From Lentisphaerota bacterium (GTDB lineage: Bacteria > Verrucomicrobiota > Kiritimatiellia > JAAZAB01): 64,000 nucleotides of DNA. The stretch is from contig JACPGM010000053.1 in the NCBI GenBank assembly GCA_016188985.1, positions 4,290 through 68,289 of the forward strand, written 5' to 3'. The notes under the pieces are model-generated. The model was not told where the DNA came from and ran no database searches. It saw nothing but the letters and a program-made list of their open reading frames with translations. Each line of letters begins with the position of its first letter. Positions within the stretch are counted from its first letter, which is position 1. The position numbers were made by a program, and so were the translations under genes. This document shows positions 19,519-27,973 of this stretch, piece by piece.

Positions 19519-19953
19519 ATGAAAGCAACTGATCCGGAGAAAAGAATTGGGCGGGTGACTTGCGGCCCGTCCGGGTTAACCCTGGTTGAGGTGGTGATCG
19601 CCATCGGGATCCTGTTGATCTCCACAGGGGCTCTTCTTTGGGCCTTTGTCAGCGCCAAGCACTCGAGCACCGTCGCGCAAAATCGAGTGTTGGCCATGGA
19701 AAATGCCCGTAACGAACTGGAACTGTTGCGGATTCAACCTTATTCGAGTGTTAGCAATTTCGGGCCCGTAGCTATAACCAATGCGATCTTCACGGGCATA
19801 AGCGGCAAGAGGCAATGGACTGTCACGGACTTTACCAATAGCAGCGGTGATAGCATCTATAAGGAAGTGATTGTGACCATCTCCTGGCTCAATCCAGGAA
19901 GCGCAGAGTCAAGTTCACTGAGTAACAGCACGGTCTTTTTTAACACGAATTGA
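19519..19953 (+). CDS. prepilin-type N-terminal cleavage/methylation domain protein (pseudopilin-like)
   Basis: …GLTLVEVVIAIGILLISTGALL… class III signal-peptide-like N-terminus. Start taken at ATG 19519, preceded by a gagggtgg RBS. Confidence 0.55.
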   Translation: MKATDPEKRIGRVTCGPSGLTLVEVVIAIGILLISTGALLWAFVSAKHSSTVAQNRVLAMENARNELELLRIQPYSSVSNFGPVAITNAIFTGISGKRQWTVTDFTNSSGDSIYKEVIVTISWLNPGSAESSSLSNSTVFFNTN

Positions 19954-19973
19954 CCGGGGTAGGGTGAAGCATC

Positions 19974-21110
19974 ATGAAAACCGGGGAATCAGGCGTTGTA
20001 TTGGAGGCCGTCGTCATTTTTGGCGGTTTGGCCTGTATTCTGGCCGCCGGCATCTACGTGGCCGGCAGTTCCACCGTGGTCAGCTCGGCCCGGACCATCC
20101 GATTTGAAAAAGCTTTTCTGATTGCCGAAGCTGGCGCTGAACGGGCCAAGGCCGATCTGAGCACTAACGCTGATAATATCAACACTATCTTAACCGGCGC
20201 CGATGGCCTTACCAACACGTCCGACGACGGCATTTTAAGTTTTGGCGCCGCAGTGCCCTTTGGCGGCGGAGCCTTTTCCACACGGGTCTGGGACAACAAC
20301 GACAGCGATCCCAGCCTGTTCGTGGATACGGATTGGACGGTTATTATTCGCTCCACCGGTGCCTGTGAAAACGTTCAGCGGGTTTTGGAACTGGCCGTCA
20401 CGGTGTCTAACCCCCCAGCGCCGCCGGCCGATAGTGACGGGGCTTTGGCTATTTATGGGAGTAATACTACCGTGGATGTCGGCGGGAATTCGTCCATTAA
20501 TGGCAATGATTGGGGTGTGCCGGATGATTTTGATTGCACGGGGGCTGCCTGTGACGGCACGCTGACGACCAATCCGGCCGGGCCGGGCGTGTTTTCATCC
20601 ACCAACACCACGCCGACCATCGGCGGCTCGGCCGTCGTGGTGGGTGATCCGCCCGTAACCAATAATGCGACGGGCGACTATGATGCGCAGTATTGGCAAG
20701 CCCAGGTTGACTACTGGACGCCCTTGGCCTCCCTTTCAATCAGCGGCAGCGTTCCCAATGATGCTTACCTCGGGACGCGCGATAACCCGCAAGTTACGCT
20801 GGCTACAGGCGATGTCAATATTGATGGTAATGTGTCCGGGGCTGGTGTTCTTATTGTCCAGCCCGGCGTTGATATCACCATTGCCGGCACGTTTCATTAC
20901 GAAGGGCTGGTGATTCTCCTGGGCAATGTAACTTGCACGGCCCTGGGCACGGCCGACATATTTGGCGCCGTGACCGTCGTGGGTGGAGACAACAGTGTTT
21001 CTCTGAATGGGTTTCCGTCAATCAAATATAGCACCGAGGCGCTGGCCAATCTGGTTAACCTGCCCTTACCCGGCCCGCTCGCGGTGCAATACTGGCGCGA
21101 AATCAAATAA
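19974..21110 (+). CDS. PilX-N-terminal-domain-like pilus-associated protein, tandem paralog 1
   Basis: N-terminal hydrophobic segment (VVLEAVVIFGGLACILAAGIYVAGSS) resembling the PilX_N domain. Paralog of 21450..22595, with long identical blocks (STNADNINTILTGADGLTNT, FHYEGLVILLG, …QYWREIK end). RBS ggtgaag upstream. Confidence 0.5.
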   Translation: MKTGESGVVLEAVVIFGGLACILAAGIYVAGSSTVVSSARTIRFEKAFLIAEAGAERAKADLSTNADNINTILTGADGLTNTSDDGILSFGAAVPFGGGAFSTRVWDNNDSDPSLFVDTDWTVIIRSTGACENVQRVLELAVTVSNPPAPPADSDGALAIYGSNTTVDVGGNSSINGNDWGVPDDFDCTGAACDGTLTTNPAGPGVFSSTNTTPTIGGSAVVVGDPPVTNNATGDYDAQYWQAQVDYWTPLASLSISGSVPNDAYLGTRDNPQVTLATGDVNIDGNVSGAGVLIVQPGVDITIAGTFHYEGLVILLGNVTCTALGTADIFGAVTVVGGDNSVSLNGFPSIKYSTEALANLVNLPLPGPLAVQYWREIK

Positions 21111-21202
21111 ACGTTGCGGGCTTCTTCCTTCCTACCAATCCGTTCCCAGCGGGTGCGTAGCGCCTCAGTTATTTGGGGTCGGCGATCCAAATGTCCTCAG
21201 CA

Positions 21203-21292
21203 AGCTGAGGCCCTACGTAGGGCGCGACCACGCCTCTGGCGTGGTAAACCTCGTGCCAGCCACGCGAAACGCGTGGTCGCGCCATTTTACCC
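21203..21292. repeat. ~90-bp hairpin repeat family D, copy 1
   Basis: gaggccctacgtagggcgcgaccacgcctctggcgtggtaaacctcgtgccagccacgcgaaacgcgtggtcgcgccattttaccc. Long imperfect inverted repeat gcgcgaccacgc…gcgtggtcgcgc. Second copy at 24482-24572. Confidence 0.6.
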
Positions 21293-21449
21293 CTAGATAA
21301 CTGAGACACGGGTCCCAACGGGTGCCAAAAACGGGCTTGACAGCAGCTTCCAATTAGATTAGTCTATTTTTGGTTAATGATTGAATTGGGTCTATTTACA
21401 TGGTTCCAAACCATATAAGTAGGGCCACAATAAGCGTTTCACGCGGGAA

Positions 21450-22595
21450 ATGGGCCTCATGAAAACCGAGCAATCCGGCTTTGCTTTAGTGATTGTCGTT
21501 ATCCAGGCCAGCCTGGCTTCAATCATGGCCGCCGGCCTGTACATGGCCAGCGGTTCTACGGTTGCCCGCGCCAACCGGACGCTTCATTTTGAAAAATCAT
21601 TTCTAATTGCCGAAGCGGGCGCTGAACGGGCCAAGGCCGTCCTGTCCACTAATGCTGATAATATCAACACTATCTTAACCGGCGCCGATGGCCTTACCAA
21701 CACCTGCGACGATGGCATTTTGAGTTTCGGCAACTCGGTGTCCTTTGCTGGCGGAGACTTTTCCGTGCTGGTCTCCGACAACGCTGACAGTAATCCCAGC
21801 CTATTCGTAGATACGGATAATACGGTCATTATCCGCACTACCGGCACCTATGAAAATGCCCGGCATGTGCTGGAATTGTCGGTCACGGTTACCAACCCGT
21901 CCGCCCCGCCGGCCGATACCGATGGCGCTCTGGCTATTTATGGAAGCAATGCTACGGTGAATGTTGGCGGCAGTGCGTCCATTGATGGCCGAGACTGGGC
22001 GGTCCCCGCTGATTTTGACTGCACGGGGGCCGGCTGCGACGGCGCGTTGACGACCAATGCGGCCGGGCCGGGCGTGTTTTCAGCTACCAACACGACAACC
22101 ATTAACGGCTCGAACAACATTGTGGGCAATCCGCCCGTGACCAATAATGCCGTCGGAGAGTATGACGAGCAATATTGGCAGGACCAGGTTGACTACTGGA
22201 CGCCCCTGGCTTCCCTTTCGATCAGCGGGAATGTGGCCAATGGCTCTTCCTTCGGGACGCGGACCAGTCCCCAGATTACCATTGTTACGGCCGACGCCAG
22301 TATTGCTGGCAATGTGGCTGGCGCTGGCGTGCTCATTGTCATGCCCGACGTTGATATCAGCATTTCGGGCACGTTCCATTATGAAGGGCTGGTGATTCTC
22401 CTGGGCGACGTGGTGTGTACGGCCCTCGGCACGGCCGACATATTTGGCGCTTTGGTGGCGCTTGGTGGGGAAAATAGTGTCACGCTGAATGGGCATCCGA
22501 ACGTCAAATACAGCACCCAGGCTCTGGCCAACCTGGCCAACATGGACGATTTACCTCCTCCGCTCTCGGTTCAATACTGGCGAGAAATTAAATAA
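21450..22595 (+). CDS. PilX-N-terminal-domain-like pilus-associated protein, tandem paralog 2
   Basis: 381 aa; N-terminus QSGFALVIVVIQASLASIMAAGLYMASGS. Extensive identity with the 19974..21110 gene. Confidence 0.5.
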   Translation: MGLMKTEQSGFALVIVVIQASLASIMAAGLYMASGSTVARANRTLHFEKSFLIAEAGAERAKAVLSTNADNINTILTGADGLTNTCDDGILSFGNSVSFAGGDFSVLVSDNADSNPSLFVDTDNTVIIRTTGTYENARHVLELSVTVTNPSAPPADTDGALAIYGSNATVNVGGSASIDGRDWAVPADFDCTGAGCDGALTTNAAGPGVFSATNTTTINGSNNIVGNPPVTNNAVGEYDEQYWQDQVDYWTPLASLSISGNVANGSSFGTRTSPQITIVTADASIAGNVAGAGVLIVMPDVDISISGTFHYEGLVILLGDVVCTALGTADIFGALVALGGENSVTLNGHPNVKYSTQALANLANMDDLPPPLSVQYWREIK

Positions 22596-22640
22596 AAGTA
22601 GCGGGCCAATCCACCCTGACTCGTCGCCTCACCATGGAGT

Positions 22641-22735
22641 GTCATTCCGGGCTTTCCGCCTTGGGCGGATCCGCCTGTGGAGGAGACCCGGAATCCAGTT
22701 TTCCTGGTCTGGATTCCCGCCTGCGCGGGAATGAC
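22641..22735. mobile_element. MITE-like repeat family B (TIR gtcattccc…gggaatgac) enclosing a ggcggatccgcc palindrome
   Basis: gtcattccgggctttccgccttgggcggatccgcctgtgg…ggattcccgcctgcgcgggaatgac. Related copies at 53166-53230, 55858-55989 and partial at 63290-63345. Confidence 0.5.
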
Positions 22736-22763
22736 AAGGAGGGTCTGATCTCCATTGCGGGGA

Positions 22764-23492
22764 TCAGGAATTGAACTGCGTGTCGGCGTCTATCGGCAAC
22801 AGGGTCTGCAGGGCTTCGCGGGCCGCCGCCTGTTCGGCATCCCGCTTGCAGGCGCCCTGGCCGGTGCCCCAAACCTTGCCCGCGAGAGCGACCTCCACGG
22901 TGAAGATGCGCTCGTGCGGCGCCCCGTCCAGCTTGACAAGATGGTAAGCGGGATTTTTTTTCCAGCGCTGTTGGGCCAGCACCTGCAAGTGCCCCTTGGG
23001 ATTATCCCGCCAGTTGTCCTGCGGATGGATTTCGATCAGCGCCACGAACAGTTTTCGGAATATCCTGTCCACGGCTTTCAAGTCCCCATCCAGGTAAGCC
23101 GCGCCCAGGATTGCTTCCAGCGCATCGCCGATATTGGAAGCGCGCCGGTGGCCTCCGGAAGCCTGCTCGCCCTTGCCCAGTTTGATGGCTGCGCCCAGGT
23201 CAATCGAGGCGCCAATCCGGGCCAGGGCCTTGCCGCTGGTCAGACGGCTGCGCAGCAAGGTCAGCGGCCCTTCTTTGATCTCAGGATACATCCGGAACAG
23301 GTAATTGCTGGCTACCAGGCTTAAGGCCGCATCGCCCAGGAACTCCAAGCGCTGATTGTCGTTGCGGATCTCGGCGCTTTCATAGCGATAGGACCGGTGC
23401 AGCAGGGCGTTGGCCAGCAGTTCCCTGTTGCGGAAAGTATAGCCCAGCAATTTCTCCAGCGACCGATAAGGATTATGGAAGAATCGTCTCAT
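22764..23492 (-). CDS. rnc: ribonuclease III
   Basis: RNase III signature ERLEFLGDAALSLVASNYLF, C-terminal dsRBD. 242 aa. Confidence 0.9.
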   Translation of the reverse strand: MRRFFHNPYRSLEKLLGYTFRNRELLANALLHRSYRYESAEIRNDNQRLEFLGDAALSLVASNYLFRMYPEIKEGPLTLLRSRLTSGKALARIGASIDLGAAIKLGKGEQASGGHRRASNIGDALEAILGAAYLDGDLKAVDRIFRKLFVALIEIHPQDNWRDNPKGHLQVLAQQRWKKNPAYHLVKLDGAPHERIFTVEVALAGKVWGTGQGACKRDAEQAAAREALQTLLPIDADTQFNS

Positions 23493-24376
23493 GCGCGCGG
23501 ATGGAACTTTTCGTGAATGGCTTTTAAGCGCGAGGAGTCAACGTGCGTGTAAATCTGCGTCGTGGCAATGTCGGCATGGCCCAGCATTTCCTGGATGATC
23601 CTGAGCGGCGCGCCATTGTGCAACAGGTGGCTGGCAAAGGAGTGCCGCAGGGTGTGCGGGCTGATCGGCTTGATGATCCCGGCTTTGTGAGCATATTGCT
23701 TGAAAAGTTTCCAGATGCTCTTGCGATTGAAAGCCTTTCCCGCGCGCGTGAGGAACACGAAACTCGTTCGTGGGTCGTTACTCAAGCGTGGACGCGCCTC
23801 TGCCAGGTAGCGCTTCAGCACGCGACCGGATTTTTCCGAGAAGGGCACCACCCGTTCCTTTTGGCCTTTGCCGACGCAGCGCAGATAGCCGGCGTCAAAA
23901 TGAACGTCGCCAAGCGTCAGGCCGCACAGTTCCGAGACGCGCAGGCCCGTGGCATAGGCGATTTCCAAGAGCGCCCGGTCGCGCAGGGCCTGCGGTTTGT
24001 CGCCCGCGGGAGCCTCCAGCAGGCGCTCGACTTCTTTGAGCGAGAGGGTCTCGGGCAGGACCTTCCAGAGACGCGGCGATTCCATCACGTCGGTAATGTT
24101 GCGGCTTAAAAGACCTTCCTGATGCAGATACCGGAAAAAAACCTTGATGGCCACAAAAAGGCGCGAAATGGAGTTGAGACTGAGTCTGTGCTCCTTGGCC
24201 TCCATCAGAAAGTCGAGGATGTGCTGGCGGGATACGGCGTTAACCGTGGTCAGCTTGCGGCGTTCCAGGAAGCGAATGAATTTGACGAGGTCGGCGCGAT
24301 AGGCCGCCTGGGTATTGGGGCTTAATCTCCGCTCTAAAGCCAGGTAATCAATAAACTGGTCAATGAGGGCGTTCAT
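23489..24376 (-). CDS. xerD: site-specific tyrosine recombinase XerD/XerC
   Basis: N-terminal core-binding domain MNALIDQFIDYLALERRLSPNTQAAYRADL; catalytic R…HxxR…Y region (…HTLRHSFASHLL…GHADIATTQIYTHV…). 4-nt overlap with rnc. The ORF-track 5' extension to 24484 is rejected because it runs through repeat D. Confidence 0.85.
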   Translation of the reverse strand: MNALIDQFIDYLALERRLSPNTQAAYRADLVKFIRFLERRKLTTVNAVSRQHILDFLMEAKEHRLSLNSISRLFVAIKVFFRYLHQEGLLSRNITDVMESPRLWKVLPETLSLKEVERLLEAPAGDKPQALRDRALLEIAYATGLRVSELCGLTLGDVHFDAGYLRCVGKGQKERVVPFSEKSGRVLKRYLAEARPRLSNDPRTSFVFLTRAGKAFNRKSIWKLFKQYAHKAGIIKPISPHTLRHSFASHLLHNGAPLRIIQEMLGHADIATTQIYTHVDSSRLKAIHEKFHPRA

Positions 24377-24481
24377 GGAGCAAGCACAAAAGAAAACGTC
24401 CAGTAATGGGTCGGTTACGCGGGGAATCGATCCCAATGGCCTCAGCCCGCCTGCAACGCTATGCGTAGCATTGCGGGCAGG

Positions 24482-24572
24482 CAAGCTGAGGCCCTACGTA
24501 GGGCGCGACCACGCCTCTGGCGTGGTAAACCTCGTGTCAGCCACGCGAAACGCGTGGTCGCGCCATTTTACC
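24482..24572. repeat. ~90-bp hairpin repeat family D, copy 2
   Basis: Near-identical to 21203-21292 (one substitution in the loop region, gtgccagcc vs gtgtcagcc). Preceded by a REP-like hairpin gcaacgctatgcgtagcattgc, whose reverse complement occurs at ~18570-18591. Confidence 0.6.
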
Positions 24573-24578
24573 CTTTGC

Positions 24579-24890
24579 TTACGGCTTTGCCGCAACGGCG
24601 TTCGACGAGGCCGGGATGTCATTGGCGTCAAAACCGGCCCCGGCAATGGTGTACTCGATATTCTTGCGGGCAATAACCATGGAGTCATAAACGACCGTCA
24701 GGGTGCGCGCCTGGAAATCCGGCCGGATGGTTTTAATGCCCGGCTGACGCATAAAGGCTTCCTGGATAATCTGCGCGCAGGCCGGGTCTTTCAGGCCCGG
24801 CACGGCGATAGTCGCCTCACGAATATCATGTTGGCGGCAGCCAATCAGACTGATGATCAGCAGCACGACCGGCATAACTATTTTCCACAT
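24579..24890 (-). CDS. small lipoprotein, function unknown
   Basis: Start at MWKIVMPVVLLIISLIGC (signal peptide + lipobox L-I-G-C); 104 aa. Upstream ORF-track extension rejected. Confidence 0.4.
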   Translation of the reverse strand: MWKIVMPVVLLIISLIGCRQHDIREATIAVPGLKDPACAQIIQEAFMRQPGIKTIRPDFQARTLTVVYDSMVIARKNIEYTIAGAGFDANDIPASSNAVAAKP

Positions 24891-25002
24891 GCGAATCCCC
24901 TTTTTTTGATAGCGCGTTTTTTCTGTTAATGAATCACATTTCTTATACACTAAACGACCGCTGGAAATCAATAGAAAGGAATGGTAACCCCTTAGCCTAA
25001 TG

Positions 25003-25070
25003 TGGGCAAGAGGTAGGGCGCTTTCGCCGAAAGCGCCGCGGACGGCTCGGCGAGCCGTCCCTACCATCAT
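25003..25070. repeat. REP-like repeat family C (tandem gtagggc-hairpin units) in ilvD 5' region
   Basis: ggtagggcgctttcgccgaaagcgccgcggacggctcggcgagccgtccctacc: two perfect hairpins bounded by gtaggg/ccctac. Inverted homolog at 60979-61060. Confidence 0.6.
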
Positions 25071-25111
25071 GCGACCACCTCGTAAGTAACTCAATAGAAA
25101 GGAATCTTACC

Positions 25112-26779
25112 ATGTATAGCGATCAGATTAAACAAGGCCTGGAGCGCGCTCCGCACCGAAGCCTGTTGCGCGCTCTGGGGGTTAAAGCCGAAGACCTGAA
25201 TAAACCTTTTATCGGCGTCTGCAACTCGTTTACCGAGATCATTCCCGGCCATATGCACCTGAATGCGGTTGGGCGGCGCATCTGCCGGCAAATCCGTAAA
25301 GCCGGCGGTGTTCCGTTTGAATTCAACACCATCGGTATTTGCGACGGGCTGGCGATGGGCCACCGGGGCATGAAGTATTCGCTGCCAAGCCGGGAATTGA
25401 TTGCCGACAGCGTAGAGGCGATGGTGCGCGCCCATTGTTTTGACGCGCTCCTCTGCCTTACTAACTGCGACAAGATCGTGCCCGGCATGCTGATGGGCGC
25501 CTTGCGGGTCAACGTGCCCACCATCATGGTCAGCGGCGGCCCGATGGCCGCCGGCCGATCGCCGGATGGCAAAACCCTCGACCTGATCAGCGTCTTTGAG
25601 GGCGTGGCCTCCTGCCGCAGCGGCACAATGACTGAGGCCGAATTGGAAACCGTTACCGCCCATGCCTGCCCGGACTGCGGGTCCTGTTCCGGCCTGTTCA
25701 CGGCCAATTCGATGAACTGCCTGTGCGAGGCTTTGGGCGTGGCCCTGCCGGGTAATGGCACCATCCTGGCGACCGATCCCAAGCGCAAGGCGCTTTATAC
25801 CAAGGCGGCGAAGCGTATTGTGGAAATGGCCAAGGCCGGCGCCCCAAAACCGCGGGACTTGGTTTCGCTGGAATCGTTGGATAACGCCTTTGCCCTCGAT
25901 ATGGCCATGGGCGGCAGCACCAATACCGTCTTGCACGCGCTGGCCATTGCCCACGAAGCGGGTGTGCGCTATGATCTTAACCGGATTAACGACCTGTCCA
26001 AACGTTGTCCCAACATCTGCCGCGTTGCGCCCTCCAGCTCATATCACATGGAGGATGTGGACCGCGCCGGCGGCGTCAGTGCGATTATTAAAACGATCCA
26101 GGCGGTTCCCGGCCTGATCCATGCGCAGGCGCTGACCGTGACCGGCCGGTCGCTCGGGCGCAGTGTAAGCCGGGCCAAGGTCGCGGATTCGGCCGTTATC
26201 CGGCCATTGGATAATCCTTATTCCCCGCAGGGAGGCTTGACTATTCTCTGGGGCAACCTGGCGCCGGAAGGCGCCGTGGTCAAGAGCGCCGGTGTGGCGC
26301 CTTCCATGTTGTCCTTTGAAGGCGCCGCGGTGATCTTTAATTCCCAGGAAGAAGCTTGCGCCGGCATTCTGGCCGGCAGAGTCAAGGCGGGCCAGGTCGT
26401 GGTCATCCGCTACGAAGGCCCGAAAGGCGGACCGGGCATGCAGGAAATGCTCGCGCCCACTTCCTACATCATGGGCCGCGGGTTGGGCGAACAGGTGGCT
26501 TTAATTACCGATGGCCGGTTTTCGGGTGGGACCCGCGGGGCCTGCGTTGGGCATGTTTCTCCGGAAGCCGCCGCCGGCGGCCCGCTGGCGCTCCTTCAGG
26601 AAGGCGATATGATTCGCATTGATATTCCCGGCCATTGCTTGGAAGTCAAACTGACCGAAGCCGAACTCCAACGTCGCCGCACTGAGCTTAAGCCCTATGC
26701 TCCGCCAGCCTTGTCCGGCTACCTGAAACGCTACGCCGAAAGAGTCGGCGGCGCGGGTAGCGGCGCGGTGTTAACTTAA
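25112..26779 (+). CDS. ilvD: dihydroxy-acid dehydratase
   Basis: 555 aa; IlvD/EDD family motifs ([12 protein letters not shown], Fe-S cluster cysteines, …GRFSGGT…). RBS upstream. Confidence 0.95.
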   Translation: MYSDQIKQGLERAPHRSLLRALGVKAEDLNKPFIGVCNSFTEIIPGHMHLNAVGRRICRQIRKAGGVPFEFNTIGICDGLAMGHRGMKYSLPSRELIADSVEAMVRAHCFDALLCLTNCDKIVPGMLMGALRVNVPTIMVSGGPMAAGRSPDGKTLDLISVFEGVASCRSGTMTEAELETVTAHACPDCGSCSGLFTANSMNCLCEALGVALPGNGTILATDPKRKALYTKAAKRIVEMAKAGAPKPRDLVSLESLDNAFALDMAMGGSTNTVLHALAIAHEAGVRYDLNRINDLSKRCPNICRVAPSSSYHMEDVDRAGGVSAIIKTIQAVPGLIHAQALTVTGRSLGRSVSRAKVADSAVIRPLDNPYSPQGGLTILWGNLAPEGAVVKSAGVAPSMLSFEGAAVIFNSQEEACAGILAGRVKAGQVVVIRYEGPKGGPGMQEMLAPTSYIMGRGLGEQVALITDGRFSGGTRGACVGHVSPEAAAGGPLALLQEGDMIRIDIPGHCLEVKLTEAELQRRRTELKPYAPPALSGYLKRYAERVGGAGSGAVLT

Positions 26780-26783
26780 GAAA

Positions 26784-26818
26784 TGCAGAATGCAGAATGC
26801 AGAATGCAGAATGCAGAA
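26784..26818. repeat. heptanucleotide tandem repeat (aatgcag)x5
   Basis: gaaatgcagaatgcagaatgcagaatgcagaatgcagaaac immediately after the ilvD stop. A related motif (caatgcagaatgaagaatgcagaaaca) follows comF at ~47783-47810. Confidence 0.7.
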
Positions 26819-26879
26819 ACATCGAATATCGAATGACGGAGTAAGAACAAAGAAGAACCAGGAACCGTTGTGTGCCGCG

Positions 26880-27140
26880 GTAGCAGTTTATCCGCCGTAG
26901 CTTCTTAGCGAAGGCGGATGGCCACTGTGGCTCGAATTCGGTTTCCCGCGCGAGCGGGATTCGGGAAAGCAAGGCAAGCTTGGGATGAATGCCGGTGCGC
27001 CGCGTGAAGTCATAGGACTTCTGTCCATGCGAGCGCGGAAAAACCGGCAGGCGGCCCAAGATCGCCGCCGCATTTCCCGAACCGAATTCGAGACGCATTG
27101 ACCCAGAACAGGCAGTCTTGGGTTGCGGGCACAGCCCGCA
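26880..27140 (-). repeat. ~250-bp repeat family F, copy 2 (inverted relative to copy 1)
   Basis: Reverse complement begins gcgggctgtgcccgcaacccaag… and shares blocks (gcggcggcgatcttgggccgcctgc, ggaaaccgaattc) with 14552-14790. Lies immediately 3' of the minus-strand gene 27145..27543. Confidence 0.55.
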
Positions 27141-27144
27141 TTGG

Positions 27145-27543
27145 TCACTGGAAATGCGTTAGGATGTACTGGATTGCCGCCGGCAGAGAGGGCAGGATCT
27201 TGGTGCAGTAGCGCACCATCCAGGGACTGCTGTCCTTGAAGCTGAACGGTGAAAAGGCCACCACGAATTTGCCCAGGTCATGCGCGGCGTAAAACACTTC
27301 CATGGCCGTGCCGATGGAGGGTTTGTTGTAATTGACCAGCAGCACCTCCGCGTTGCGAATGTCAGACAAGTCAAATTCCACGATTTCGTTGGCGCTATCC
27401 ACCTCGCGGTCCTTGAAGTTCCGGCGCATGGGATCCAGAATGATGAAGGCGCCGCCGAGTTCCTGGTTGGCCGTCTTGCGCCAGTCGTGGGCCGCGCCGC
27501 CGGCTTCGTCCATGATCGGACCACAGAGGTAAATGGTTTTCAC
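27145..27543 (-). CDS. nucleoside 2-deoxyribosyltransferase-like protein
   Basis: 132 aa, MKTIYLCGPI… N-terminus and overall pattern of the Ndt/YtoQ-like flavodoxin-fold family. Confidence 0.45.
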   Translation of the reverse strand: MKTIYLCGPIMDEAGGAAHDWRKTANQELGGAFIILDPMRRNFKDREVDSANEIVEFDLSDIRNAEVLLVNYNKPSIGTAMEVFYAAHDLGKFVVAFSPFSFKDSSPWMVRYCTKILPSLPAAIQYILTHFQ

Positions 27544-27683
27544 GACCTCAGGTTAGCAGGCTATCCCATGGGAAACAATTCTTTCTTTTCGCTTGACCAC
27601 GGACAGGGCGCAACCTATTGTCGCTTTGTGAATTAGGTCACAAACGCAAGTAAGCATAATCACGTTCGGGAGGTAATCAAACA

Positions 27684-27971
27684 ATGACCAAACGAGATCT
27701 GGTTGTCCGTATTGCCAGGGAAACCGGGCTGATCCAGCTTGATGTGTTGGCCGTTCTTGAAAAAACGCTTAATTATATCATGGAAAGCCTGGCTAAGGGC
27801 GAAAACGTGGAGTTTCGCAACTTCGGCGTTTTTCAAGTGCGCTTGCGCAAATCCCGCATTGGCCGCAACCCCAATCAGCCCACCCACGTGGTAACCATCC
27901 CTGCCCGTAAAGTGGTCAAATTCAAGATGGGCCGGATCATGAAGGCCCGGGTGATGAAACCCGTCAAGTAA
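27684..27971 (+). CDS. HU/IHF-family DNA-binding protein
   Basis: 95 aa; …VEFRNFGVFQVRLRKSRIGRNPNQPTHVVTIPARKVVKFK… beta-arm signature of IHF/HU. Confidence 0.85.
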   Translation: MTKRDLVVRIARETGLIQLDVLAVLEKTLNYIMESLAKGENVEFRNFGVFQVRLRKSRIGRNPNQPTHVVTIPARKVVKFKMGRIMKARVMKPVK

Positions 27972-27973
27972 TA

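Noticed and set aside
23489-24484. N-terminal 36-aa extension of the xerD ORF in the six-frame track
   Set aside because: The extension runs through repeat family D, and XerD homologs start at MNALIDQF…; start moved to 24376.
25091-25954. 287-aa ORF on − strand
   Set aside because: Antisense inside ilvD.
26784-26818. Possible CRISPR-like array
   Set aside because: Only a 7-nt microsatellite (aatgcag)x5, with no repeat-spacer architecture; no CRISPR array anywhere in the window.
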